Assembly (NCBI RefSeq): GCF_009914755.1
Contig: NC_060928.1
Length of the DNA stretch: 64,000 bases
Origin: the human T2T-CHM13v2.0 reference genome, Homo sapiens
Reading direction: 5' to 3' (one strand)
The position numbers and the translations under genes are program-made. The notes beneath the pieces were generated by a model that saw only the letters and a list, made by a program, of their open reading frames with translations, ran no database searches and was not told the DNA's origin. This document shows positions 32,824 to 46,636 of the stretch, in pieces (the stretch's first letter is position 1; every line of letters starts with the position of its first letter).

Positions 32824-33992
32824 TATCCTTTGCACAGATTATAGAAGACTTACTACATAAGAATTACATAATGTAGTAAGTCTTATATAATCGTGAAAAT
32901 TGAGCTAAAATATATTATTTTTCCAAATAAATGGCTGAAGAAAACCAATCTGCATGCTAGGAAACATTTAACCATGTCACGACAGGATTTTGTCCTTCTA
33001 GTTTCAATGATTTTGTCTTAGAAATTAAATATTAAAACTTAGAAGAAATTCACCCTTTACTTATCAGTTAGTGTGGTTATACTGTATTCTCCCATAATGC
33101 CTAATTAGGGTGACTTGTTTTGCCTGTGCCTTAGTGGTTTCAATCTCACCCTTCCAAGTACAATCAAATGGAAAATTTTCTCCTGAACCTTCCTCTGTAA
33201 AGAAAAATGTCAATGTGGCCTAGAGCAGTTTGGCTGTGGAGTTACATTCTAAGGTGGTCCAGGCTCACACTTAGTCACTTCAGAAGCCACTTTCAAACTG
33301 TTATTCTGGACCTCAATGTAGTGATTTAGTTGCAGGAATTTAGAAAACAGTATGTAATTCTGAGGGCTGTCAATTATAGCACTTCATAGAATACTTAAAA
33401 CAAACCGTTATTTATATGAAATGTTTAAAAGTCTATAACAAATGTTTTAATTTTATTTTATTTGAAGCAATATATTGTATAGTTGAATCTTTATGAGTGT
33501 GTTCATATGTAAGCATGTTGTGAAATTAGAACTTTCACTCTATAATTATTGCAGTTACCTAGTAGTCCTTGGAAACACTAAGTAACAAAAAGCTAAGTAA
33601 AAATATTTTATTTGAATAAAGATATTCATGTTTAGTATTAAATGTCTGAAAGAATTTTTAAGGAAAACTAGACATATAATCATGATTTAGATAAGGGAGA
33701 GCAAGCACTTTATTAAACCTGAGAGGTCACCCTTTCATATTCTACAAAGGTGTATAAACCAATCACATATAGTCCTAGTTTAGGTAGGCTTATAACATTA
33801 TTCCTATGTAGTATAATTCAAATAGATTCTTTCCAAGGCATTCAGGCGAGATGGGTAACCAGAAACAGAGGCAAAGGATGATATTGAATATTTTGACACA
33901 CCCACATTCCAATTTCAAGTTGAACCTCTTCAAAGACACAGTGATTTCCAAGCACTGTATTTTACCTGAATCAGGAAAAAGTACAGTGGAAT

Positions 33993-34099
33993 GTAAATAA
34001 TGTATACTTATTTAGAAAAACAATGTAAATACTTTATAGACTGTTCAGTAAATAATGTATATACTTAGAAAAACAAGATAAATATTTCATGGACTGCTA
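33993..34099. repeat. Two-copy ~55-bp diverged tandem duplication
   Basis: GTAAATAATGTATA...TTAGAAAAACAA...AAATA...GACTG starts at 33993 and again at 34048. Confidence 0.8.
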
Positions 34100-35984
34100 G
34101 GTTACTGTTAAGGTTCAGATTAAACCTCCGGGTTTAGAGAACACTGTGTTTATCAAAACTCAATTTCTTCTACCCAATAGAATTCTACCAGGTTTTGGAT
34201 AAATTGCCATATACAAACTATGTATTTATGATACAGTTCAACTATAGTCACTGTATTAACTGTACATTATATTTTCTAGCCGCTGCACACTAAAATCCTG
34301 TGAACTTCACAGTTTCAGCTATGTTTTATTGTTACAAAATGTACAGAAGTGTACTTCTTGTCAAGTGCTCGTCAACCTTGCCAATCTCTTTATAGATTCA
34401 TATTATATTCTTGATCGGTTAGGATTACAATCTCGGTTACCTATTTCTAATAATAATGTTTCCTGTTCTCAACCTTTAAGTCCATTATAGAAACTACTTT
34501 TATTCCTTTCTCCTAGCAAAATTGCACCATGCTTTATGTATCTATGTTGGCTAATAAGGCTTTAAAACAATCTTTTCATTTTTGCTTTCTTTTAAATCAC
34601 AGCTAAAAATGTGCCTCACATTTCTCTCCTTTCATACTTTGGCAATATAGCGCATCTTTGCAGTCCCACATTTCATATTCAGTCTCTATTGTTAAATTCC
34701 TCATAAAGTGCCAGTAACTGCTCATATGTTCTAATTAATAGGCATAGAGTGAAGGCCATAACCAGCTTCACAGAGGAGAACAATGAGCTCACAGATCACA
34801 GCTGCAATCCACCAGAGGTTGGATGTGAACATTCCCTCCTCAACTGCTGAGTATTTCAAGCAGGAGGAGCAGCTGGCAGGCGAACAGAACCCACGATGCA
34901 GTAACAGTTTGTTGAAGCCATGAAAAACTGTAGATGTCAAATGCATATCAAATAGTTCTCTATACCAACTGGTTAACATTGTTTGGACCAAAAGATACTG
35001 AATATAAAAATGGAGATTTCCTAATAAATTACACTAGTGTTTAGGGGGATAAAAGAATAACTTATTGGAATGCTTAGAGTCCAAAGAGTAGTCTTAAGGT
35101 ATTTGGGGTAAGAGTGGAAAGAAGTTTAAAGACTAGAATATGTGATTTGTTTTGTTATCATACTAAACTTAGATGATGCAAACTGTATCATAACATTGGC
35201 CAGTTATTTGGGGTACAGAAGAACTATGTTCCAAATTCATGGACATACATATTCCTGAAGCCAGATGGAAATCAAAGAAATGCATAATGACACTGAGCCA
35301 TCACGAAGCCTATGTGTGTTTATCCTAATCTATACATATTACGTAAAAACAATTCAAAGTGTATGCTCTTGCCAGTGTCATCTCTATGTTCATGTGTTTA
35401 ACAGATTTACAGTTGACTTCCTGACAAAGCTTTTGAAATTGCCCCATGAGGTGTGAATTTATAAACATGCGAATATGTTCTAAGAAATCACTGGATATAA
35501 GATATGAGAAAAAGAAAGTAAAAGTGACACAGTGATCAGAGATTAAGATGATGTTATAAGAAAATTTAAAAAATTAAAAAGTGAAAGTATGAAAAAGACT
35601 ACAGAAGACAAAACAGTCATTTCAAATGTACAAGATGAACTTACATTTTAATAAATCTGTTGCTTACTGAGTAGAAATACAATATCTTAAAATTTTTATT
35701 TCTATTATTCAAACTGTCATGCACTTGAAGAGATGCTCTAATTGCTAGAGTCTAATCCAGGGTTTCCCACACACCAGAACTCAAGTTTCTAATTCAAGGC
35801 AGTCAGTGACAGACCAGGGGCAGAGCCACATCTGGAAACTAGACCTGCTGGAGGATTTTTAAACTATATTATCTGCATCTTATTGGCAAAACCGATGCAC
35901 TTCGCCCATTTTTCTAAAACAAGGAAGTCAGTACTGATGTACTTAAAAGTTGCGCATTGCTTTGGAAATTGCAAAATGTTAACA

Positions 35985-36145
35985 CACATGTGATTTCATC
36001 TGATTCTCCAAATAACCATACGAGATAGATAGGTGTTAGCTCCATTTTAGAGCTGAAGAAATTGAGATCCAGAGGGATTACATAATTTGCTTAAGGTTTC
36101 CGTCTAGAAAAAGATAGTAATGCTACTCAAGCCTAAAGCAGCTCC
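35985..36145 (-). mobile_element. MIR fragment
   Basis: CCATTTTAGAGCTGAAGAAATTGAGATCCAGAGGGATTACATAATTTGCTTAAGGT. Confidence 0.7.
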
Positions 36146-36999
36146 TTCTAACTAAAAGAATACCTTTGCTAAAATTCTAAAAGAAGAAGAAACTGCAGAT
36201 GAAGCAGAAGCATACGTAGAAGGAGGAGGAGAAAGTTTGGGGAGGGAGGAAGGAGGCATAGAAGGTGAGAAGGAAGGAGAGAAGAAAGGAAGGAATGAAT
36301 GAAGGAAAGAAACCAAACCAAACCAAATTCTTAGAGTGGAAAGAGAAAGTTGAGTGTCTCAGCACTCTGTACCATAAAACTCAGGGCTTGACATTTATTA
36401 AACTTTTGGGTATCAAAATAATATAGGAACTAAAGTAAAAATAAAAAACTCTTTAACCTATATTTAAGATCTAAGAATGTATTTCCAAATTATATTCCAC
36501 TAAATACTAAAGGCCAGAGTAAAAACAAAACTGGAAGTTACACAGGATTTTTAATAATGACCTGAACTCAGAAAAACAATGATTTCACATCTTAAGTAGT
36601 TTTTTTTACCTGTAATCACAAGCAGGCAAATATTTAATTTCACTTTATTCCTTCTAGAACATCCACTTAAATATCTTCCTACTGCAAATCAGGCAAGCAA
36701 TAAATAGGATTAGCCAGTTTTAGTTAAGCAAGACGTGTTTAAAATACAATCAGTGCTTATTTCTAAAACAGATTATTTTCTTTAAATTCTGATAATGGGA
36801 GTAAATGGGAATGTTTCCACTCATGATTTTTGCATCTGCAGCAGTAGAAGCTGGCAATGACCACAAAAGATCGGTATCCTTTTGACCCAAAAATGTCTCT
36901 GCTGGTACTCTCTGGCCCATTTAGGTGCTTGCTCTATTTGGCAAATTGTTTAGGTTAGCCACATTTGAACTAAATACATTGTGTGCAACCCTGAAAAGA

Positions 37000-37034
37000 T
37001 GTGTGTGTGTGTGTCTGTGTGTGTGTGTCTGTGT
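37000..37034. repeat. Interrupted (TG)n microsatellite
   Basis: tgtgtgtgtgtgtgtctgtgtgtgtgtgtctgtgt. Confidence 0.9.
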
Positions 37035-37556
37035 GAAGATCCAGTATATTGTTCCATATCTACCCAATTGTATTCTGATTGTTTTCTAGTTTGAACAGCA
37101 CAGATTAGAAACTGTCTCTGGCTCAATTATTAGAATTTGTTAATTAATTAAGTAAATGTTGAGAGCTGCTAATACTTTGATAAGCATTAAGCAAAATTTC
37201 CCAAAGGTTTCTCTCCAAAGAATAGTTCATGGAATCAGAAGATGTTAACAAAATCTTTGCCCATCACTTACTAACTATGCAAGTCATGTCAAATAATTGT
37301 TTCCCATCCATAAGGTGGGTTTACTGAGCATCAATTGCTGTCTGCACTGTATTGTAATTAATATAAAATGAGATGCTATTTGTGGAAACAGTCTCTAAGC
37401 AATACAATATTTGTCAATAGTCGTTTCTCTCCTGTAGTGTATGCATTTGCACCTTTATCTACCTGTCAATCAATCAGGTTTTTGCATATCACTTTATTTG
37501 TTTTGTGGAAAGAAGATTTCCTCATGCCCCTTGACATTAAGAATATCTTTGGTAGT

Positions 37557-38116
37557 TTCTTTTGCTGTGCAGAAGCTCTTTAGTTTAATTAGATCCCATT
37601 TGTCAATTTTGGCTTTTGTTGCCATTGCTTTTGGTGTTTTAGACATGGCACTATTCACAACAGCAAAGACTTGGAACCAATCCAAATGTCCAACAATGAT
37701 AGATTTGATTAAGAAAATGTGGCACATATACACCATGGAATACTATGCAGCCATAAAAAATGATGAGTTCACATCCTTTGTAGGGACATGGATGAAATTG
37801 GAAATCATCATTCTCAGTAAACTATCGCAAGGACAAAAAACCAAACACCGCATGTTCTCACTCATAGGTGGGAATTGAACAATGAGAACACATGGACACA
37901 GGAAGGGGAACATCACACTCTGGGGACTGTTGTGGGGTGGGGGGCGGGGGGAGGGCTAGCATTAGGAGATATACCTAATGCTAAATGACGAGTTAATGGG
38001 TGCAGCACACCAGCATGGCACATGTATACATATGTAACCTGCACATTGTGCACATGTACCCTAAAACTTAAAGTATAATAAAAAATAAAATAAAAAAATA
38101 AAATAAAATAAAATAA
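37557..38116 (+). mobile_element. 5'-truncated, 5'-inverted L1PA (L1PA3-like)
   Basis: 18-bp TSD AAGAATATCTTTGGTAGT (37539-37556 / 38117-38134); ~90 bp of antisense ORF2, then sense ORF2 end, 3' UTR and (A4T)n tail. Confidence 0.95.
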
Positions 38117-38940
38117 AAGAATATCTTTGGTAGTATTTGGCATGCCAGAGCCCTCCTGCATCCTTTTTTAAGAGCTGGCCTTTCTTTCTGCTTTCAGAGT
38201 GGCTACTGCTTAAGAATTCTATCACAGCTTTTCATTGCTGTTACTGCTGATGTTAAACTCTTTTGTTTTTTGTTTTTCTCTTTTTTTAAGCCTTCTGGCT
38301 CTTTTTGTGGATGTATTGCCTTTCAAAGATCAAAGGACATAATCAAGTCAGAATAATACCCATGAATTACCTCTGATAGACAATAAGGCATTGTACACCT
38401 ATAAGATAGGGTTACTTCCTATCAGAACATGCTTTGCTTCAGGACTTATGGCTTCTAAGTGATTGCTATCCATGGTCTCTTTCTGCTAGGTGCTCTGGAG
38501 CTGCCTCATTAGTCCTGAAAAGAATTTTTGAGGACAGGGGGAGGGAGACATCTTTAAATTCCCATGGCTGAGGCCTTACTCTATTATGCAGCTACACTCA
38601 TGAGTTTAATGGGAATGTACATACACATATTTGTACGTATCTGTACAGACACACACACATATAGCAATGTCCATCAGCAAATGCTAGGTATAATAACCAA
38701 CAAATTCATTCTTTATGCTCTCCACATGGCTTTGTTTTTTTAGGTATTGTTTCCTTAGGAGGTATTCGCCTCTGCTTTTTAAATTTAGATAAGAAATAAA
38801 TTATAAGTTTGTATTCTTTGAAACATCAGTTTAGTTCATTTAGTATCTAACAAGGATTCTTTAAACTAAATGTTTAGTTATTAAAAGAAAACACAAGTGA
38901 AAAATGGATTTTGAAATTCAGTTTTGAAAACAAAAAACTT

Positions 38941-39452
<512 letters not shown>

Positions 39453-39629
39453 TCATTAAATGAGTGTTGCCTAGGCTACCAAGAGAATGAAGAAGGTTAA
39501 TTTTGTAAGAGAAAAACATAAAGCATAGGTTCTGGAATGAGAAGCAATTTGAAACCAAGCACACCTGACTATCCAGCTATATAAGTCTCTCTCTTACAGA
39601 GTTATAAAATTGTCATTGTAAGAATTGAT

Positions 39630-39868
39630 TATAGCTATTGAGCCCTTTCAATCTGCCTAACATTCTATGTGCATTTAGAATGCCATATGAATCTTACAAT
39701 CACACATGAGTTAGGCCATTCATTTATTATTTCCATTTTATAGGTGACAGAAATGAGGACAGCAATGATAATAACATGCCCAGGATTGCATAACTAGAAC
39801 ATTGCTGAACAAAGACTTGAAGCCATGTAGAACAAATCCAGAGCCTATACTCTTAACTACTATGCTAA
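39630..39868 (-). mobile_element. MIR SINE
   Basis: TTTCCATTTTATAGGTGACAGAAATGAGG...CCAGAGCCTATACTCTTAACTACTATGCT. Confidence 0.75.
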
Positions 39869-41766
39869 CTAGGAAGATAATTGCAAGTTTTTAAAATAAT
39901 TATTATTATTATTACCATTATGCAATCTATTAAATTACTTAATATTCAAGACTTCTTCCTAGATAATAAATTATCATTCTCTCCACAATGAACATTTGAA
40001 TAATACTTTCAAATATATATGATAAAACACTTTTCTGATTGGAAAAACTTTGCTAAGAATTACTGTGGGCTTATTTTATTGATAAATTACCACCTGAGGA
40101 AAGGCAAACACCAAAATCAGAAATGGACATCTTCTTGCATTACTTGCCAAGCTAAGTCTTTTTGAGAAAGTCAATTACATTCTCTGTACCTGTGTATGTT
40201 TCAAAAACTTTTGTTTTCCTGTGGAGAAATAAGGAATTTGGTTTCAAGAAAGGCTTGTTCAGAGCTATCATGCTTGGTGGCATTACATAAATGCACATTT
40301 TTATATATTAAATTAGAGATTGCCCCAAAGCTGCACACATTATTGATTTATCGGGAGATAGAGAAGCCGTTAGGCCATCAAGGGTATCACTAGGCACATC
40401 CCTTTCATGTAATGAAACTTACATTGGGAAAGTCAAGGATCCAAAAAGAGAAGTCTAGGTGTTGTGGCCAGGGGGAAAGACTCAGTTCAAACTGCATGTT
40501 AATTCCTGCTGAGTAAGCTATTGAAGTGGTAATACTGCAGAGGCCTTGCCTCTGGACTTCACATTTGTAGCTCTCAGCCTAGATGTTCACTACCCATCAA
40601 GGACATTATTCAGCCAGGCAGGCTGCAGCCTCTGTGCTGGCAACCTCATCTGGAGCAGAACTTTAACAGTTACAGGCTCTGAATACTAGTTGAGAAACAC
40701 CAAAATGTCTTCTTTGTGCCAAACGTTTCTGTATCTTCCTTAATATTGTTTCTCTGAGCATTATTTATTTTGAATATCATTATTATCCTGGAGTTGGTTT
40801 TTTTTTAAGTCCCCAAATTATCACTTTGCTATGACTGAAAAAATAATAGAACGTTGTCTTTTCTCTAAGTGTGCAAGTCTCAAGTCAGCAGTGAATGCTT
40901 TGAAAGCAAAAACAGTAGAAAGCAAAGGCTTCTTGATCATGCTCTATATTCCAAGAATCTAAACACAGGCCACATTCTCCTTTAAATATAATTTCAAAGA
41001 AAAAGGAACTTCATTTAGCCTCTAATACCTGAATCGATGTAGTTCTTGGAAAGATTCATGGACCATACAGTAGTACTCAGAACAGAGTTTACATCTTGGC
41101 TAAAATATGTCAGGTAAACTTTAATGGGGTAAAGTCACTAGATAAAAATTCTATAATGTGATTCTCTAAAATTAAAACTCCCCAAATTTGATTATTCAAT
41201 TAGCTTATTTCTGAGAAAAATAAGTATTAATATTTTAATATGCTTACTCTAAGTGAACACTCAGAAGCCCAGGAAAGGAAAAAAAAAAAGGACTAACAGA
41301 TTTTGTTCCCTGTTTCTCACACAGCAGTTTGATACCAAAATCAAAGCTGGAGTCTATTTCTTATAATTTTTACAGCAGTGTTTTCACTTCTGTACATTTC
41401 AATTCCTCTCCTTCCTTTGGAGTAAACCAATCTCTGATTGCATGAAAGATCTTACAGCGTATTAGTAAGAGCACTGATACGTGAAATTCCAGGTCCAGTC
41501 TTACTCTGGTGCTTATTAGTAATCAAAAATGGCACATCACTACCTTGTAGATAATACATATGTCTCTGTATTTTTAGGTTGTTTATTTATTTGTAAATGT
41601 ATGGAAATGTTTTTATAAACTCTGAAGTGTGCTGTACTTTTGAAATAATATGATTATATGAAATATTTACATCCTTTTATAGTCCCAGAGTTAGGGCAAT
41701 GAGGTTTTTCTCTGATTGTCAACCTCTTTTTTCTCTAGGTTTCTGTGTAGACAAAAAGAGGACTGA

Positions 41767-42138
<372 letters not shown>

Positions 42139-44244
42139 TGGCTCATTTCTTGTTCAAGAAATATTTATGTCCCTGTTAAGTAGTGAGAGATTAATAGTAT
42201 AAAAAAGGAGACACAAAACAACAACAGAAGTCTTCATAAAACCAAACTTTTTATTCAGTTGTGTACAATCTTATGGAGTCTTCATATATTTTAATGGCTT
42301 ATAGTAGATATAACAGAATATTAGATTTCATTTAATATTGGAATGATTAGCAAGTGACTCCATGGAGTGACTTCCCTAAGTAAGACACTGGGCCAGGTTC
42401 CACGCTGTGCTGCACAGAAATAGTTTTATAAACCATAGAAGACTGACAATCCATAAGACCGTGATACAATGGCCAAATGATGAACATGAAAATACTGTAG
42501 ATGAGTTGACTTCTCAAGGTTCCCTCCAGTGCTAAAGCCCCAAGATTCCTTCTATAGTCTACAAAATATGCAAAATAGCAAAATAAAAGAATGAATGCCC
42601 TAAGGTTATCTCAGTGTTTGAAAACACAAATCGTAGATAGCAAAAGACTTTGGGGAATAGATAAAATATAGAGAGGAAAGATGAAAGAATTGGTAAGAAC
42701 AAAGAAGTAGAAAGAAGGAAAACCATGGCAAGTTTAATGAAAAGGGAAAATGCTAAATATTTAAGTGACAAAAGTGGTTATAGTACAAAACAGAAAATAC
42801 ACATTTTAACAAGTTTTTCTAAATATCCAAAAATGACAGAAAAGGTGTGGAGAGATGATATGTTCTAACAAATCATCAATATTTTTCACAATTGTTATTT
42901 TCTTTCTAAATTCTTTAGAAAATAATGATATATTTGATGAATAAATGTAACCATCATATCTTAAAAATCTCTATATTATCAATCTACTATTTATTTAAGA
43001 GGTTCAAGTACACAATACATATTTATTCCAAACCAAACATTTAGTCATTTTACAGTATGAAGGTCTATTAGAGATCATTTCACTCAATCTTTTAACTATG
43101 CAAATAAGCAAACAGTGACACTTTGAGAACTTTATCCAAGAATCCACACATTGGCAGTGGAAGAAATACATTAAGAGTAAAAGACTTAAAACCTCTGGCT
43201 AAATCTCCTCTTTCTTTCTTTGAGTTCAGTTTCAATACATGGTTTTATTTTTAAGAGCTTTCCTTAATACGTGTGTTTTATAGAATATTACGTACCTGAC
43301 TTAGAGACTAATGGAAGAGAGGCAAAAAACCAAGACAGTCCAGAAGTATCACACACACACACACGCACACACACAAACAAAAAACAGAGAAAGTAATGAT
43401 CTTTCATATATTTATCACATAAACAAGGAAAGAAAATGGCTACAAGATACAAATCTTGGCATGTCAATCCAATTGAAAGACTGCCAAGATTTCTGCTTTC
43501 TTGAATTCTGTCAAGTTTCTTTTTTGCTTTCCTCTTTAGACAAAGAGCAGTATAAAACTACCACATGGAAGTGGTTACATTGTGGCAGTCCTAATCACCA
43601 GATATGTATCCTTCAAATCGTCACAAAAGAATCTCCCTGAAAGAGTCAAAGAAAGGGTCTGAGGTTATATTTGACTTTAGGCATAGGACTCAGGGCAAGT
43701 GCTTAATAAATACTGTTTCACAGTGACTTATGTTGCAGAGAGTTAAGTCAAAAGGAATTTGGGAGTTTTGAAATAAAAGTGTGTTGCAATATAAAGAAAC
43801 AATATGTATTTACTTTTTAAAAAGGTGTATACAATCTGTCTTACAATATACTCTACCATGGCATTTAAATTAACAAAAGAGATTGAGTTTTAAAATGAAA
43901 TATTTAATAGGAACAAAATTTTTTAAATGGGTAGTTAAGAATTCAAAGTGCAATGTTAAGTTAAATAGATTTGCAAACATTCGTGGTTCTTACAAACTCT
44001 TGGTAGTTTTGTTTTAAGTGTAGCATATGTATTTTATAAAGTATTTAAGTTTTAAACTATAAAAACCAGTGAATCACAAAGCTATATGGAGTCTATGGGG
44101 AAATTCAGTTTTATATTTTTATCCATAAGCTTGTGTTCATATTTTCTCTGCCAGCTCAGGAGTATATCAAGTCTGTGCCTGGCTGGTGAGTTTAGTATCT
44201 AATTCGTAGCAGGTGCTCAATAAATGCTAACTTCCCTTCTGTTT

Positions 44245-44750
44245 TTTTTTTTAAAGTCAATTTCAAGTCAAATTCACACACAGTAAAATTTATTCCATTC
44301 ATATGTACAGTTTGATAAGTTTTGTCAAATGTATGCTATCTCAAAACCATTACCAGGCTCAAAATTGGATCGATTCCATCACCCCCACCCAACCACCACA
44401 GCTTCCTCACACTCTTTGCAGCTTCTCTCCCACTCCAGCATCCTTTGTCCCAGGCAGGCATTAATTGCTTCTATCTCTATCGCTTTCCCTCTTACAGAAT
44501 GTCAAATAAAGACAATCATGGAGTCTGTAGTCTTTTGTGTCTGATTTCCTTTACTTAACACAATGCTTTGGAGATTCATCCATGTGATTTGTTCCTTTTT
44601 ATTGCTGAATACTAGTCCACTCTATGAAAGTACCACAATTTATTTTTCCATTCACCAGTTGACAAGCATTTTAGGTTTCTCCCAGTTTGAGGATATTATG
44701 AATACAGCTGTGATGAACATTCAATGTATAGGTCTTTGTCTAGACCTGTA
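44245..44750 (-). mobile_element. Ancient L1 (L1ME-like) 3' fragment
   Basis: ATGTACAGTTTGATAAGTTTTGTCAAATG...TTTGGAGATTCATCCATGT. Confidence 0.75.
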
Positions 44751-45077
44751 CAATTCTTAATGCAAGAAATTAGGGCTTAGAAAATGCTGGATACATTACA
44801 GAAAAACACTGGAGAGAAACCCAAAAGAACATTTTATATTTCTGTGTGGAGCCAGGTGTATTAGCAATGTAGTCAGAGGACACCATTCCAGAATATTCTT
44901 ACTCTCTCCTTTACTTAATCATGTGATGGAAATTGTGAGGGAAATTAGAAAAGTAAAGAGACTGGCCAGAGCAGTCTTAAATCTTTTAGCCAACTGCTCT
45001 ATTCACTGTAGCTTTGTCCTCTAATAATTGTGTAATAGGGAATAATGATAGCAGCAGTATAATTAGGAATAGGAAAA

Positions 45078-45312
45078 TAACTAACATTAACATAATGATT
45101 AGTATGTGCCAAGAATTATTCTAAGTGTTTTTTCCCTATTAAATCAATTCATTCTTTTATAACCTCTTAGTAATAAATTAGTATTGTTATTATCAGTTTA
45201 TAGAACTAAGACCCAGAGAAGACGAGTGCTTTGGCCAAGTTCACATGCTAGTCAGTTGCAGGCGGGCATTCAGAAACAGGTAGGCTGACTCCAGAATTAG
45301 TGTTCTTAAATC
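45078..45312 (-). mobile_element. MIR SINE
   Basis: TATGTGCCAAG...AACTAAGACCCAGAGAAG...TTGGCCAAGTTCACATGCTAG...CTGACTCCAGA. Confidence 0.72.
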
Positions 45313-46148
45313 CATTCAATACCACTTTAATGAAATAACTATTTTATTAACAAATTGAGAACTTTTTAATGAGTACCATTTATGAGAGACACGAACAATT
45401 CTCACCATTAGGCAGAGCACAGGAAATAGAATCCAGCTAAGATGTGAAAACGATGTTAACTTCATCCTGTTGTCTCTAGGTATACTCGAGGAAGCTCTAC
45501 CACATTTCTCTGGCATGGATACATGCAAAAGCTAAAGCTATAAATCTTCTTTCTATAGAGGAGAAAAATTCCTCTAAATGAAATTCAGAATTAAAATTTT
45601 CCTAGTTGTCTGAATAAAAATATATTTTACGAACACTACTTCCTTCTGTTTATATCCATGTAAAACTCCGTATAATATAGTCAAGAGATCAGTTACCACC
45701 AGAAAATTATTTTTATATTTAATATTAAAAAATAAGTTTACATTTCTATTTGCTTAAAAATGCAAAGGGAACAATAGATTAAGCTAGGCTTAGAGTTTTT
45801 TGCTTAAACTTAGGAAAAATTTAAATAAGACTATCAATATTATTTTATCAAACACAAAAAGAGAATGAGCAATTGAAGAAAAGTGGAAGCTGGTTTTACA
45901 AGAATCAGGAAACTCTCATATAATGAGAACTGATTCAATTCTATAGATATTTCTTATAAACAACTCATAATATCTCATCGTTAACATTTTCAATACAAAA
46001 TGACAGTTGCCTTTAGTTCATGAAGGAAACTCTCTTTAATATGTTTACAATGGCTTTTATTCAGTTTATCTATTTATTACCTAGATAAGCAAATGAGCTT
46101 GGCTGGGTAAAAATTACAGCACAGTCACTACATAAAATCAATACTGCC

Positions 46149-46636
46149 TGTTAAGAGTTGAGTTGTGTGCCTTAAAATGATATGTTCGATATGTTCAAGT
46201 CCTAGTCCCGGAATCAAGGAAGGTGACTTCATTTGGAAATAGAGTCTTTATGGATGTCATCAAGTTAGGATGAGGCCAGTAGATTGGGCCCTAATACAAC
46301 ATGACTGCTGTTCCTACTGTATAAAAATGGGGAAATTTGGGCACACACACAAAAGTGGAGACGCAGAGGGTGAAGACACAGATGCATGGGTCAGATGGCC
46401 ATGTGAAGACAGAGGCAGGATTCGAAGAGATGCTGATGCACCTAAGGAATCCTGGGGTCTCCAGAAACTGGAAAACAGAAGGAAGTTTCCTCCCTGAGCA
46501 GCTTCAGAGGGAGAACGTCCCATCAACATCTTGATGTTGGACTTCTAGCCTTGGGAACTGCAAAACAATAAATTGCTCTTGTTTTAAGCCCCTCCGTTTG
46601 TGGTACTTTGTTATGGAAGCCCTTGGAGACTGTAGA
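46149..46636 (+). mobile_element. MaLR LTR MLT1C-like
   Basis: GATGGCCATGTGAAGACAGAGGCAG...TTTAAGCCCCTCCGTTTGTGGTACTTTGTTATGG. Confidence 0.85.

Noticed and set aside
34731-34991. 86-aa minus-strand ORF in unique, slightly GC-richer sequence
   Set aside because: Non-ATG start, no recognisable homology and no convincing splice sites
37441-37878. 145-aa ORF crossing the L1 inversion junction
   Set aside because: Chance read-through of flank, antisense L1 and the ORF2 C-terminus; no independent gene signals
42352-42373. Near-palindrome AAGTGACTCCATGGAGTGACTT
   Set aside because: 12-bp perfect core only; expected by chance at this scale
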